In this document: in pieces, positions 12,280-24,109 of the stretch
How the letters are laid out: every line of letters begins with the position of its first letter
Numbering within the stretch: the stretch's first letter is position 1
Made by a program: the position numbers and the translations under genes
The notes under the pieces: model-generated
What the model was told of the DNA's origin: nothing
What the model saw: only the letters and a program-made list of their open reading frames with translations
Databases searched by the model: none
Source of the DNA: Octopus vulgaris
Taxonomy: Eukaryota
DNA: 64,000 bases
Reading direction: 5' to 3'
NCBI GenBank assembly: GCA_951406725.2
Contig: OX597825.1
Span: forward strand, 62,124,001-62,188,000

Positions 12280-12314
<35 letters not shown>

Positions 12315-13259
12315 AGGCTGCTTTCAGTTTCCATCTACCAAATCCACTCAAGAATTTGGTTGGCTTGAAGCTATAGTAGAAGACAATTGTATAAGGTGCC
12401 ATACAGTGAGACTGAACCTACAACCATGTGGTTGAAAAGCAAGTTACTTTCCAGACAGCCACACCTGCACCTATAAAACATTTTTAAGTAAATTTTTGTG
12501 TGCTGGTTGGCAACATGCAGCCATCAAGCACGAAGCTCTGTAGAGGGTGGAGGATGAAGTGAACTTTATATTCCAAATACAAACAGTAAACAAAAAATCC
12601 TTAACTATGGTTGTATGAAGAATGGGAAACACACTCTAAAAGAGTGGTGACACTTTAAAAAGCGTGCCAAAATTGATTACTGAATGTTTCCAGTTAGATT
12701 TCTTTTCACTTGATAGCTGTGTTGTTGCAAATTTTCTCACACACCATAGAATCAATAACTGTATGATTTATAACACTTTTGAAAACACCTTTTTATCTGC
12801 AAAAGAGATAGTTAGGTGAAGTATAAAATCGATAATATGAAAGAAACATTTTAAAATGGCACTCCCCGAAACAGATTTGACTGCATATTCTTGTACTGTT
12901 CTAAAACATTCATTTTGGTTTTATTGTAAGAACGGTTGTTATATACCGCAAGTACTTAGAGATTTAAGGTTAAGAGATTATCGTTATTAAAAAAGAAAGA
13001 GAAATACTCTTTGAATATTCTCATCAGATTTAAAGTAGAAACAGATTGAAGAGCATTTTTAGAGTGAGGGAAGTATGGAAGGAAAACTTTATTACAAGTT
13101 CTTTTCCTTCTTGTGTAGATTGAGGTTTGGAGATTGTTATAATAACAGTGTAAACAAGAAGATTAGATGTTTTATAAGAGTTAATATTTAAAGAATATAT
13201 GTTAATATATTTGTGTGCATATACATGTGTGTATTTATATATATATATATATATAGATT

Positions 13260-13306
<47 letters not shown>

Positions 13307-14360
13307 GTATAATGTGTGTATATATGTATGTATTTATGTATGTATTTGCGTATGTATATCTATATATATATTTAAATGCATATGTATATATATATATACG
13401 AATATGTATGTATGAATATAGATGTCTTATGAGAAGTGATATATAAAGAAGATATGTTAATGTATTTGTGGACATATACGTATCCCTATATGACTTGTAT
13501 ATATATGTATGTATTTATGAATGTGTATATGTATGTATATATTTATGTATGAATGTATGTATGTATGTGTGTCTGTACGTACTTACGTATGTATGTATGT
13601 ATGTATGTATGTATGTTTTGTTTGGTAAAATAAATGAGGAAAATAGAACTGAGTTTGTGTGTATCTATACTTTCTATATTTCTTAATCTCTAAAATATTT
13701 CCAAAATTGACTGAAGGGCCAAAAATTCCAAACATGGCACTTGACAGAACAACTTAAAATGAAGGGAATTTTTTCCTTATACCAAATGAGCTGCCTTCCT
13801 TTCTAGAATGTTTGAATAAGAACTAATTTTAGAATGTCTTGTGAAAATTTGCAATTTTCAAATACATAGGCTTTTAAACAGGGACTTGTCTGTTTAATAA
13901 ACTGTTTATAAAACAGGGACAATAGGAAAGGCAGTAAAAACATAAAACACATTGATACATGCATACAGTAAATGCTTTCAGAAAAGTACTGCTTACTCTG
14001 TAAAGGTTTCCACCCTTGATAACATTAATGACATAATATGCTATGTAGTTTTCATACTTCAGGTATATTGAGCATAGATACAGGTTTAGATAAGAAGATA
14101 GAAGATTGGCTTCAATACTTTCAAAATACATCTGGTGTTTAAAAAACAAAGTCTTCTCCAAATGCAAATTCAAACTATCTGTTTTGAACTTGCCCAGGTC
14201 AAAGACCACAATTTTTCCTTCCCCTTATCTGAAATAAGGAACATCTTTGCAGGATTCCTCAGTCTTTTAAATTACTGATTTGGAGTTATTTTTCATGTTT
14301 CACCAAAAGAAGCCTATTCTACAATTCTTCAAGCTACAGTTGGAATGATATTTTGAAATG

Positions 14361-14713
14361 GTGGCTGTGTGGTAAGTAGCTTGCTAACCAACCACATGGT
14401 TCCGGGTTCAGTCCCACTGTGGGGCACCTTGGGTAAGTGTCTTCTAATATAGCCTCGGGCTGACCAAAGCCTTGTAAGTGGATTTGGTAGACGGAAACTG
14501 AAAGAAGCCCATCGCATATATGTGTGTGTGTTTGCCCCCAACATCGGTTGACAACTGATGTTTACGTCCCTGTAACTAAGCAGTTCGGCAAAAGAGACTG
14601 ATAGAATAAGTACTAGGCTTACAAAGAATAAGTTCTGGGGTTGATTTTCTCGACTAAAGGCGGTGCTCCAGCATGGCCACAGTCAAATGACTTAAACAAG
14701 TAAAAAAAAAAAA
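14361..14713 (+). mobile_element. CORE-like SINE family A, near full length
   Basis: Same head, core and tail as 7217-8157, with an A-rich end. Confidence 0.88.
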
Positions 14714-15189
14714 CTCTGGAGTCAGTCATGTCTGCCTTGTATTCTTCCCTTATATACAGCTTCTTCCTTTTGCCTATGATGTTCTGATCTTCCACAAATC
14801 ACAGTCTGAAGCACAAGGCACTAAAAGGCTCCACCCTAATATTTATTTTACATTACATAATCTGTTCATACATTCAATGTTTCTTCAAAAATTTGGTTTA
14901 TATGTTGCCATTGTGTTTTATATATACCACACTTTATATATATATACATATCCTGTTTTTCTATCAATTCAGTTTTATATAAACCACTTACTTTCTATTG
15001 CATTTATTTGCATGGCTACACTCTCACATACACACAAATATATACATCTACACACCGAAATAAATATCCACATATACAAGCATACACACACACACACAAC
15101 AGATTTATATATATGTGTGTATCCATGTGTGTGCAGACATACATACATATACATGCATGTATACAGATGTGTGTATGTGTGCATAAAAG

Positions 15190-15225
<36 letters not shown>

Positions 15226-15367
15226 TACATATATATATATAGATATATACACACACACACACATATATATATATAGATATATACACACACACACACATAT
15301 ATATATATATACATATATACATACAAACATATATGTACATATATATATATATGCATATATACATACA

Positions 15368-15422
<55 letters not shown>

Positions 15423-16919
15423 GTATGCTGACACTTGCCTCACCTATGCAAATGCATCCATCACAATATGGTGTATGGAGAAGATCAATGTAAGAAGTTG
15501 AAAATCAATAGCAACAACTTAGAAGTAGATTAAAATCAAATTCTTCTGTAGTTAATAGAGTCAACAGATTAGTCTTTTATGTCCAGAAGAATTAGCTAGC
15601 ATTGATGCATTTGAATAAGCGCTGAAACTATCTAAATTGAAAAGTTGTTATTCTTTATAAACTCTAATTGTTTGGTAATGATCTACAGCTAGTTTTGGAC
15701 TGTCTTGTACTTGTCAGAATGTTTGAAAAATCAATGATTTTTCATGCTCATTGAACACCACTTGCAGACACATAGTGAAATAAACTTTTTTTTTCTTTTA
15801 TTGAAATGTTGTCTCATTCAGTTGTGTGTAATTTACTGTCAGGCATTGCTTGCTTTGGTCAAATAAGCAGAAAACTTAAAGACATTACCGAATCTGATGG
15901 AAAATTTACCGGTAGGTGTGTCTGGGGTGTTGAGGTGAGATTTTTGTAAATAATCTTATTAAATTTCTATTTATTTATTTTTTTGTGTTTTGTTATATAT
16001 AGAATTTTTATATTCCTATTCATATTTTGAAAAGTTAACAAAGAAATAAAGAAGTTAAAGAGCGATCAATTTGCCACTAGTAATTGCAAAGAAAACTTCT
16101 TATAGAAATAATTTAGATGAATACCATTCATTTCACCAAGTGTGTGAGAAAATGTGCAACAATCTCCACATGTGTGCATGTGTGTGTGTCCTTGTTCTTG
16201 TACGTGTGTGTGTGTGTTTGTACAATGTTTGAAGAGCATAAAATGAAGTGGATAACAGCAAATGAATTAATTAGATTTTACATACATACAAGCATGTATA
16301 TACATATCTAAATCATTATCTATCTATATATATATATGTATGTGAAATAGAAAATGGAAACAAATGCTCAAGATGTTATTAAATCATTTATATCTTCATA
16401 TCTCCTACACAGGTTTTCATGGAATGCACCCAAAATATGTCCACATGTGGTTTCAGATGTGTGTGTGTATATGTATATATATGTATGTATGTCATCATCA
16501 TCATCGGTTAACGTCTGTTTTCCATGCTGGCATGGGTTGGACGGTTCGACTGGGGTCTAGAAACTCAAGAGGCTGCACCAGGTTCAGTGCCTTCCACTTT
16601 TCCACTAATTGGTTCAGGTGTCTATGTAGCTCTCAGACCCCACCTCTGAAAGTTTTTACCACAGCACACACGTGCTGTTAAGCGGTTAGCAAATGAACAG
16701 AGGTTATGTGATCTCTTTAGTCCTATCTTACTGAAGACTTACCTGTTTAATTTGTGTAGCAGTTGTGAGAAAATGCACAAAGTACACTTTGTAAGGTGCT
16801 AAAGAAGCCATGCCAAACACATGTATGAGCACGTGTTTATGATGCAATAGTTATCAATAAGAAATTATTTTGGCCATAATGACATTCCAACCCATACCAG
16901 CATGAAAAGCGAATGCAAA

Positions 16920-17314
16920 AGGATGATAATTATGACGATGACGATTATGGTGGTGGAGGTAGTGGTGATTTTGGTGGAGATAGTGGTGGTGGTGGTGATG
17001 GTAGTGGTGGTGGTAGTGGTGGTAATGATGGTGGTGATGATGATGATGATGATGATGGCGACAACTGTGGCGCTTTAAGTAATAATTATGACTGATGAAA
17101 ATGATGATGATGATGCCGACAATGATGATGATGAAAACGTTGATGATGATGACGACGATGATGATGATGAGGATTATGATGGGTGGAGGTGGTGGTGATG
17201 GTGGTAATGATGGTGGTGATGATGATGACAACGACAAAAATGATTCTTGAAGTAATAATTATAATTGATGAAAATGATGATAATGATGCCGACAATGATG
17301 ACGATAATTATAAT

Positions 17315-17359
<45 letters not shown>

Positions 17360-17624
17360 CGATGATGATGATGATGATGATGGGTGGAGGTGGTGGTGGT
17401 GATGGTATTGATGTTAGTGATGATGATGCTGATGATGACAATGACAAAAATGACACTTGAAGTAATAATTATGATTGATGAAAATGATGATAATGATGCT
17501 GACAATGATGATGATGATGATGATGATGATGACGATGATGACGATGATGACGATGATGATGACGATGATGATAATGATGATGATGATGATGATGATAATG
17601 ATGATGATGATAATGATGCTGACA

Positions 17625-17668
<44 letters not shown>

Positions 17669-17822
17669 AATGCTGATGATGATGATGATGACGACGATGA
17701 TGATGACGATGATGATGATGATGATGATGACGATGATGATGATGATGATAATGATGCTGACAATGATGATAATGATGATGATGATGATGATGATAATGAT
17801 GATGATGATAATGATGCTGACA

Positions 17823-17857
<35 letters not shown>

Positions 17858-18032
17858 AATGCTGATGATGATGATGATGATGACGACGATGATGATGACG
17901 ATGATGATGATGATGATGATGATGACGATGATGATGATGATGATAATGATGCTGACAATGATGATGATGATGATGATGATGATGACGATGATGACGATGA
18001 TGATGATGATGATGATAATGATGACGACGACA
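16920..18032. repeat. Long compound (GAT/GGT/GAC)n array with higher-order units, starting at an RTE 3' end
   Basis: Preceded by CCAACCCATACCAGCATGAAAAGC (16887-16910); recurring markers GATAATGATGCTGACAAT and AAGTAATAATTATGAYTGATGAAAAT. Confidence 0.92.
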
Positions 18033-18722
18033 AGTGAAACTACGCTTATATGGCATTATACTACTGAACTACATTGTATCACACTAAAAACAACTCCTAC
18101 ATTGTAACGTCTCTAAATTCTGCTCCAACTAAATTACTCTGTATATATTATCTCTCGTATTAAACCGCACATATACTTAAACTTGTGTTCCCTTATTACA
18201 ATCTATTGTCTGATAAAATAAAAGTAGATTGAAAAAGAAACAGCTGAAAGCTGTTTCGACATTCATATCATAATTGTTACTTATTAATCTCATGTTATGT
18301 TACACTAGAATTTCTTCTCCATGGCAATTATGCAACCATCATCAAAGAATGGAGAAACCAGAACTGCAACCGATTGTATTAATCAGTTTTTGTTGGTTTT
18401 CATGAATTCCTAATATAATCTCTTAACAGATTCATAATTAATTAGCATATTAACTTCTGCATATTTTATTCATTGTTTCACAGAAATGAAACTATTATCG
18501 CAATCTGCTGCCTACTTTTAATCGATGCTTACATTGAATATTGGTACGGTCATTATCATATTTACACTCACACATACAAAGCATACACATACATATACAT
18601 ATATATATATATATTTATATTTACACATACATATACATACATCCACACATACATACATACATATATATATTTACATACATACATATATATATATGTATGT
18701 ATATATTCTCTCTTTTATGCCA

Positions 18723-18929
18723 TTTTACTTGTTTCAGTCATTTGACTGTGGCCATGCTAGAGCACCACCTTTGGTCAAGCAAATTGACCCCAGGACTTAT
18801 TCTTTGTAAGCCTATTACTTATTCTATCAGTCTCTTTTGCTGAACTGCTATGTTGCGGGGATGTAAACACAACAGCATTGGTTGTCAAGTGATGTGGAGG
18901 GGACAAACATATACATGCACACATACATG

Positions 18930-18976
<47 letters not shown>

Positions 18977-19119
18977 GACGGGCTTCTTTCAGTTTCTGTC
19001 TACCAAATCCACTCACAAGGCTTTGGTCGGCCCGAGGCTATAGTAGAAGACACTTGCCCAAAGTGCCACACAGTGGGACTGAACTCAGAACCAAGTGGTT
19101 GGTAAGCAAGCTACTTACC
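18723..19119 (-). mobile_element. CORE-like SINE family A
   Basis: Reverse complement of family A with an expanded internal (TA)n. Confidence 0.88.
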
Positions 19120-19549
19120 TCATTGAATAGAAATGTTTGCTCTCTATTATCTGGAAGAGAGCAAGAGAGATGATCTCAGTTATATAGGTTATGGCCTGGA
19201 AGTAGGTCAAACTTAAAGCAATGAACAGATCCTTCAGTGACCAGCAAAGGTCCTAGGAGGTCAAATGTTTCTCATTAATTTCCCAACATGGAGATAAAAC
19301 ACGAAGGAATCAGACAGGCATCTGACAAGAAACAAAGGTGTAGATTCAGTTTTTGATCTCCTTTAGGCAGGACTAAGCAAGCTCTTATGCTCTTCATATA
19401 TCTAGGGGTAATTCAAATATCCAGGGGAATTAATACCTTACATGGATAGAGGTGAGGCTTGGTGTCGGGGGGAAGAATATTCACTCAGAGAAACTATGAG
19501 TGCAACAATTTTGTCTGACCCATGGAAGCTTTGAGTAATAGACATTAAA

Positions 19550-19684
19550 ATGATGATGATGATGATGATTATGATGATGATGATGGTGGTGGTGGTGGTG
19601 GTGGTGGTGGTGGTGTAGGTGGTGGTGGTGATGATATGATGATGGTGATGGTGATGGTGGTGGTGGTGGTGGTGGTGGTTGTGG

Positions 19685-19725
<41 letters not shown>

Positions 19726-19823
19726 GTGATGGTGGTGGTGGTGGTGATGATGATGACGACGATGATGATGATGGTGGTGATGGTGGTGATGGTGATGGTG
19801 ATGGTGGTGGTGGTTGTTTTTGG

Positions 19824-19856
<33 letters not shown>

Positions 19857-19859
19857 CGT

Positions 19860-19891
<32 letters not shown>

Positions 19892-20075
19892 TAGATAATG
19901 ATGATGATGATGATGATGATGATGACAATAACAGTGACAGCAATGGTAATGATGACAATGGTAGTGACAGATATAGCAGTAGCAGTATTAACGAAGATGA
20001 TGACAACAGTGATAGCAAGAGAGACTATTATGATGATGATGATGACGATGATGATGAGGATGCTGAGGATGATGG
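19550..20075. repeat. Compound (GAT/GGT)n array following an RTE-like tail
   Basis: GACCCATGGAAGCTTTGAGTAATAGACATTAAAA is followed directly by (TGA)n. Confidence 0.9.
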
Positions 20076-20842
20076 CGTCAACAACGAGAACATGATTAAA
20101 TACATAGAGGTAATTCGAATAATAAAAAAGGAAAGAGCGGTGATAACAAAATAATGGAATCATCCAGTGTTAGATTGGGAAACTAAAACACAAAATAATG
20201 TTTCATAATGCTTACAAATCAAATCAAAATGTTTAGCACTTACGGTTTACAAAACAAATATTACTTTGAGTTGTGTTATGTTGGCGACTGAGAATTTAAA
20301 ATGACGTAAGACCATGCACTATCTAAGGAATTTATAACACACTTGAAAGTAAAACACCGCTTAACTTATGTAATATTTCGCTTCGAATATCCTTCCTGCT
20401 TTATCAAAGAACCAAAAATAATTTGACATAATAGAAAATTTTTTTTAGATATTCCCTTGTTTTTTTTTTATCAAATTTTAAAGTAGAATATTGAATACTC
20501 CAGTAAAATAAATCTCCAAATTAAATCTAGCTGAGAGTTGGCTCCATTCTGTCACCTCATAAAACTAGCTTCCATTTTTAATTTCATTTCAAACGAACAT
20601 TCTGAGTTAGTAAATGAGACAGCATATGTTTTGTGCCAAATTTTGTATTTTCACTCAGTGGTACCAGATTTCAAGAAACTGCTTATTAAGCATTATTGGC
20701 ATTGTCCGAGAATGAAGATATTTGATTGATTGTAGGCAAGGAATGGATCATTGTTTTCTGATAATTCCAAAAGTTTCCTTACAATATAAGTCTTATTAAA
20801 AATACTAACTGTTTATGGTGCTTATTCTTGTGTATTGTGCAT

Positions 20843-20877
<35 letters not shown>

Positions 20878-20924
20878 CAGATTTATATGTATATATAAAT
20901 ATAATACACATATATGTGTATATA

Positions 20925-21130
20925 TGTGACCTCGTGTGTACCGTTGGCGATTTTTTTTCCTCTGTCTTCCCATTTCTGGATCTTTCCTTCTCCTACGTTT
21001 CCGACAAAGAACTCCGTTCGAAACGTTAAACCCTCCTTCTTTCATTCTTTCCTGAACGTCCAATAATACTATATTTGTTCCACGTCCTCACGTTGTTGTG
21101 TTTTTTTGTGTTTTCTTGTTTGGATTAACT
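20925..21130 (+). mobile_element. ~205-bp (TA)n-flanked element with a hammerhead-like motif, copy A
   Basis: Highly similar to 30815-31019; contains GTTT-CCGACAA-A-GAAC-TCC-GTTC-GAAA-CG-TT-AAAC at 20997-21031. Confidence 0.75.
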
Positions 21131-21308
21131 ATATATATATATATAGTTCTTAAAAGATGATGATATTAATAAGGTAATAATAAGGTGGCTAGCAAGTTCA
21201 CACTGTTACAGGGACAATATAAGCTTTTGCTTTGATTTTAGCAAGTGGTATTATATACCTTACTGAATCTATCTATCTATAGGTGTGTGTGTGTGTGCAT
21301 GTGTATAT

Positions 21309-21349
<41 letters not shown>

Positions 21350-21408
21350 CAGAGATGTATTTGCATAAGCAAGTGACCTAATCTGAGATCGTGTACTGGA
21401 ACAAAAAC

Positions 21409-21689
21409 AATTGCAGCATGGAAGGTGTTTATATACCATTTAAGAAACACACAAAATCCGTTAGATTCACTTCCACATTTAAATTTAATTTGCCAAAATA
21501 TTTTCATTGCGTTGAGACCATGACCTGTTCACTGACAAAATTCCATGCTGCATGGAATTTTGTCAGTGAACAGGTCATGGTCTCAACGCAATGAAAATAT
21601 TTTGGCAAATTAAATTTAAATGTGGAAGTGAATCTAACGGCTTTTGTGTGTTTCTTAAATGGTTTATAAATACCTTCCATGCTGCAATT
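21409..21689. repeat. 281-bp near-perfect palindrome (140-bp arms, 1-nt centre at 21549)
   Basis: The arms are reverse complements with 3 mismatches counted by eye; the element sits between (TA)n tracts. Confidence 0.95.
21559..21609 (+). ncRNA. Variant minimal hammerhead motif with a G3-C8 core (mirror copy on the minus strand at 21489-21539)
   Basis: TTTGTCA-GTGAACA-G-GTCAT(loop)GCAAT-GAAA-ATAT-TT^TGGCAAA: 7-bp stem I, palindromic AUAU tetraloop, decayed stem II. Confidence 0.55.
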
Positions 21690-21692
21690 CTT

Positions 21693-21723
<31 letters not shown>

Positions 21724-21761
21724 AAATATATATACATACATGTATATATGCATATAAGTAT

Positions 21762-21812
<51 letters not shown>

Positions 21813-21838
21813 TATATAAATGTATGTATATATATACA

Positions 21839-21904
<66 letters not shown>

Positions 21905-21930
21905 GTATATACTACATACATACATACATA

Positions 21931-21984
<54 letters not shown>

Positions 21985-22543
21985 CATATATATATACATC
22001 CATAGATATATATATCTTTTAAAAGGGTTGAATGCAAATTCGTCCATTAATTGGAGTAGTTTCCAAGAGATTTCTAATGTTGTTTCTTCATATTCTACTT
22101 AAATTTACTGGTGCAAATTAACATAGATATGAAAATTTATATAAGTATATTAAGTATTTATATAATTATATTAAGTATACAATTTATATAAGTATATTAA
22201 GTATTTATATAAGTATATTAAGTATACAATTTAACTTATAAAACAAAGTTCAACAAACCCAGTCATATTTTTCGTAAATGGACGAGATTATTAGATATTA
22301 ATATGAATTGAAATTATTTTTATTTATGTTGCTATATGATTATTTCATACAGAAAGACAATGGATTCATTTTTAAGAATCTGGTTTGTTGTAAAGTATTC
22401 ATCGGTAGCAAAAATTAAGGAAAAGGAAAAAAAAAAAGCTGAAACGATGTTACAAATACATATGTAAAAATTAGGAATGGAAAAACAAGCTAAAAAGATG
22501 TCAGAATTACTTATGTAATTCTAACGTCATTTTAGCTTTTGCA

Positions 22544-22579
<36 letters not shown>

Positions 22580-22589
22580 TGTATGTATG

Positions 22590-22681
<92 letters not shown>

Positions 22682-22683
<2 letters not shown>

Positions 22684-23058
22684 TGTAATAGCACAATTGT
22701 TAAGGCAGCAGACTCGCGGTCGTGGTATCAGTGTTTCAATTCCCAGACCAGGCATTGTGAGTGTTTATTGAGTGAAAACACCTAAAGCTCCATGAAACTC
22801 CAGCAGGGGATGGTGGCGAACCCTGCTGTAGTCTTTTGCCACAACTTACCCTCACTCTTTCTTCCCGTTTCTGTTGTACCCATATTTCAAAGGGCCAGGC
22901 ATGTCACAGTCTGTGTCATGCTGAATCTCCTTGAGAATTACGTTAAGGGTACACATGTCTGTGGAGTGCTCCGCCACTTACATGTTAATTTCATGAGCAG
23001 GCTGTTCCATTGATCGGTTCAACTGGAACCCTCGTTTCCATAACCGACAAAGTGCCAT
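22682..23058 (+). mobile_element. tRNA-derived SINE (H2 head with TCG/Arg-like anticodon arm + T2 tail)
   Basis: Head ..GCAGACTCGCGGTC..TTTCAATTCCC; tail shared with 61745-62062. Confidence 0.78.
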
Positions 23059-23092
23059 GACATATATATATATATGTGTGTCTGTATGTATG

Positions 23093-23147
<55 letters not shown>

Positions 23148-23244
23148 TCAATATAGCGTGCCAAAAAATTTTGTAGAATTTTTTTTGCCACCAGCGGCCT
23201 AGTGGGAAAAAATTAAATAGTCATAGACCATTTATAAGTTCAAC

Positions 23245-23577
23245 ATCACAATCAAGGAACGGCCATAATAGGCCATTCACCCACTAGAAATAACAGCCAA
23301 AGCTTCAACCGCAAAATAACATTAATTCCGTAAACCATGAGAAAATTAAAAAACATTTACCCTATGGAAGGGCCTATGGAAGATTGGCTTGATTTAATTT
23401 AATCAGGTTAGTTTACCATTAAACAGTAGATGAAACGGTGCATCGTATAAGAAATTACAGGGTAAATGTTTTTTAATTTTCTCCTGGTTTACGGAATTAA
23501 TGTTATTTTGCGGTTGAAGCTTTGGCTGTTATTTCTAGTGGGTGAATGGCCTATTATGGCCGTTCCTTGATTGTGAT
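23245..23577. repeat. Inverted repeat with 119-bp arms (23245-23363 / 23459-23577) and a 95-bp spacer, inside a (TA)n-flanked element
   Basis: One mismatch between the arms by eye. Confidence 0.93.
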
Positions 23578-23854
23578 ATATATATATATATATATCAGGG
23601 ATATCTATTTCCTCATTCTACAGATTTCTGCCGAGATGGTAAGTTAATTTCTGTTGTGCTTGTTATTTTCCCAATCATTGGTGGTTTTCTTGGAGGATTT
23701 TTGATTTGCCATTTATTGGCCTTTGCTTGTTGGCCACCTATATTATTGCTGTTATTCTTTTTACTAATGATAATAATTAATAAAATCTATAGAAATATTT
23801 TCGAATATTTATTCATTTAGTAATTATATATATGTTTATGTGTGTGTATGTATG

Positions 23855-24038
23855 TGGCACATAAAAGCACCCACTACACTCTCGGAGTGGTTGGGGTTAG
23901 GAAGGGTATCCGGCTGTAGAAACTCTGCTAGATCAGATTGGAGTCTGGTGCAGCCATCTGGTTCGCCAGTCCTCAGTCAAATCATCCAACCCATGCTAGC
24001 ATGGAAAGCAGACATTAAATGATGATGATGATGATGAT
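23855..24038 (+). mobile_element. RTE 3'-UTR fragment with a (GAT)n tail
   Basis: GGCACATAAAAGCACCCACTACACTCTCGGAGTGG...AACCCATGCTAGCATGGAAAGCAGACATTAAA(TGA)n. Confidence 0.8.
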
Positions 24039-24109
24039 ATGAATACTAAGACACATACAAAAACAGAATCTTAAGCAAGTTACTACTTAATTAGTGCATC
24101 ATTAACCAG

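Noticed and set aside
17384-18037. 217-aa poly-Asp ORF resembling acidic biomineral proteins, and the overlapping poly-Met, poly-His and poly-Ser ORFs
   Set aside because: It is a (GAT)n array that begins at an RTE tail and is open in several frames simply because of triplet composition; there is no signal peptide or splice context.
21409-21689. Assembly fold-back artefact or pre-miRNA as the explanation for the palindrome
   Set aside because: The arms differ at 3 positions and similar fold-backs of varying divergence recur nearby, which argues against an artefact (long reads would settle it). It is too long and too perfect for a typical pre-miRNA.
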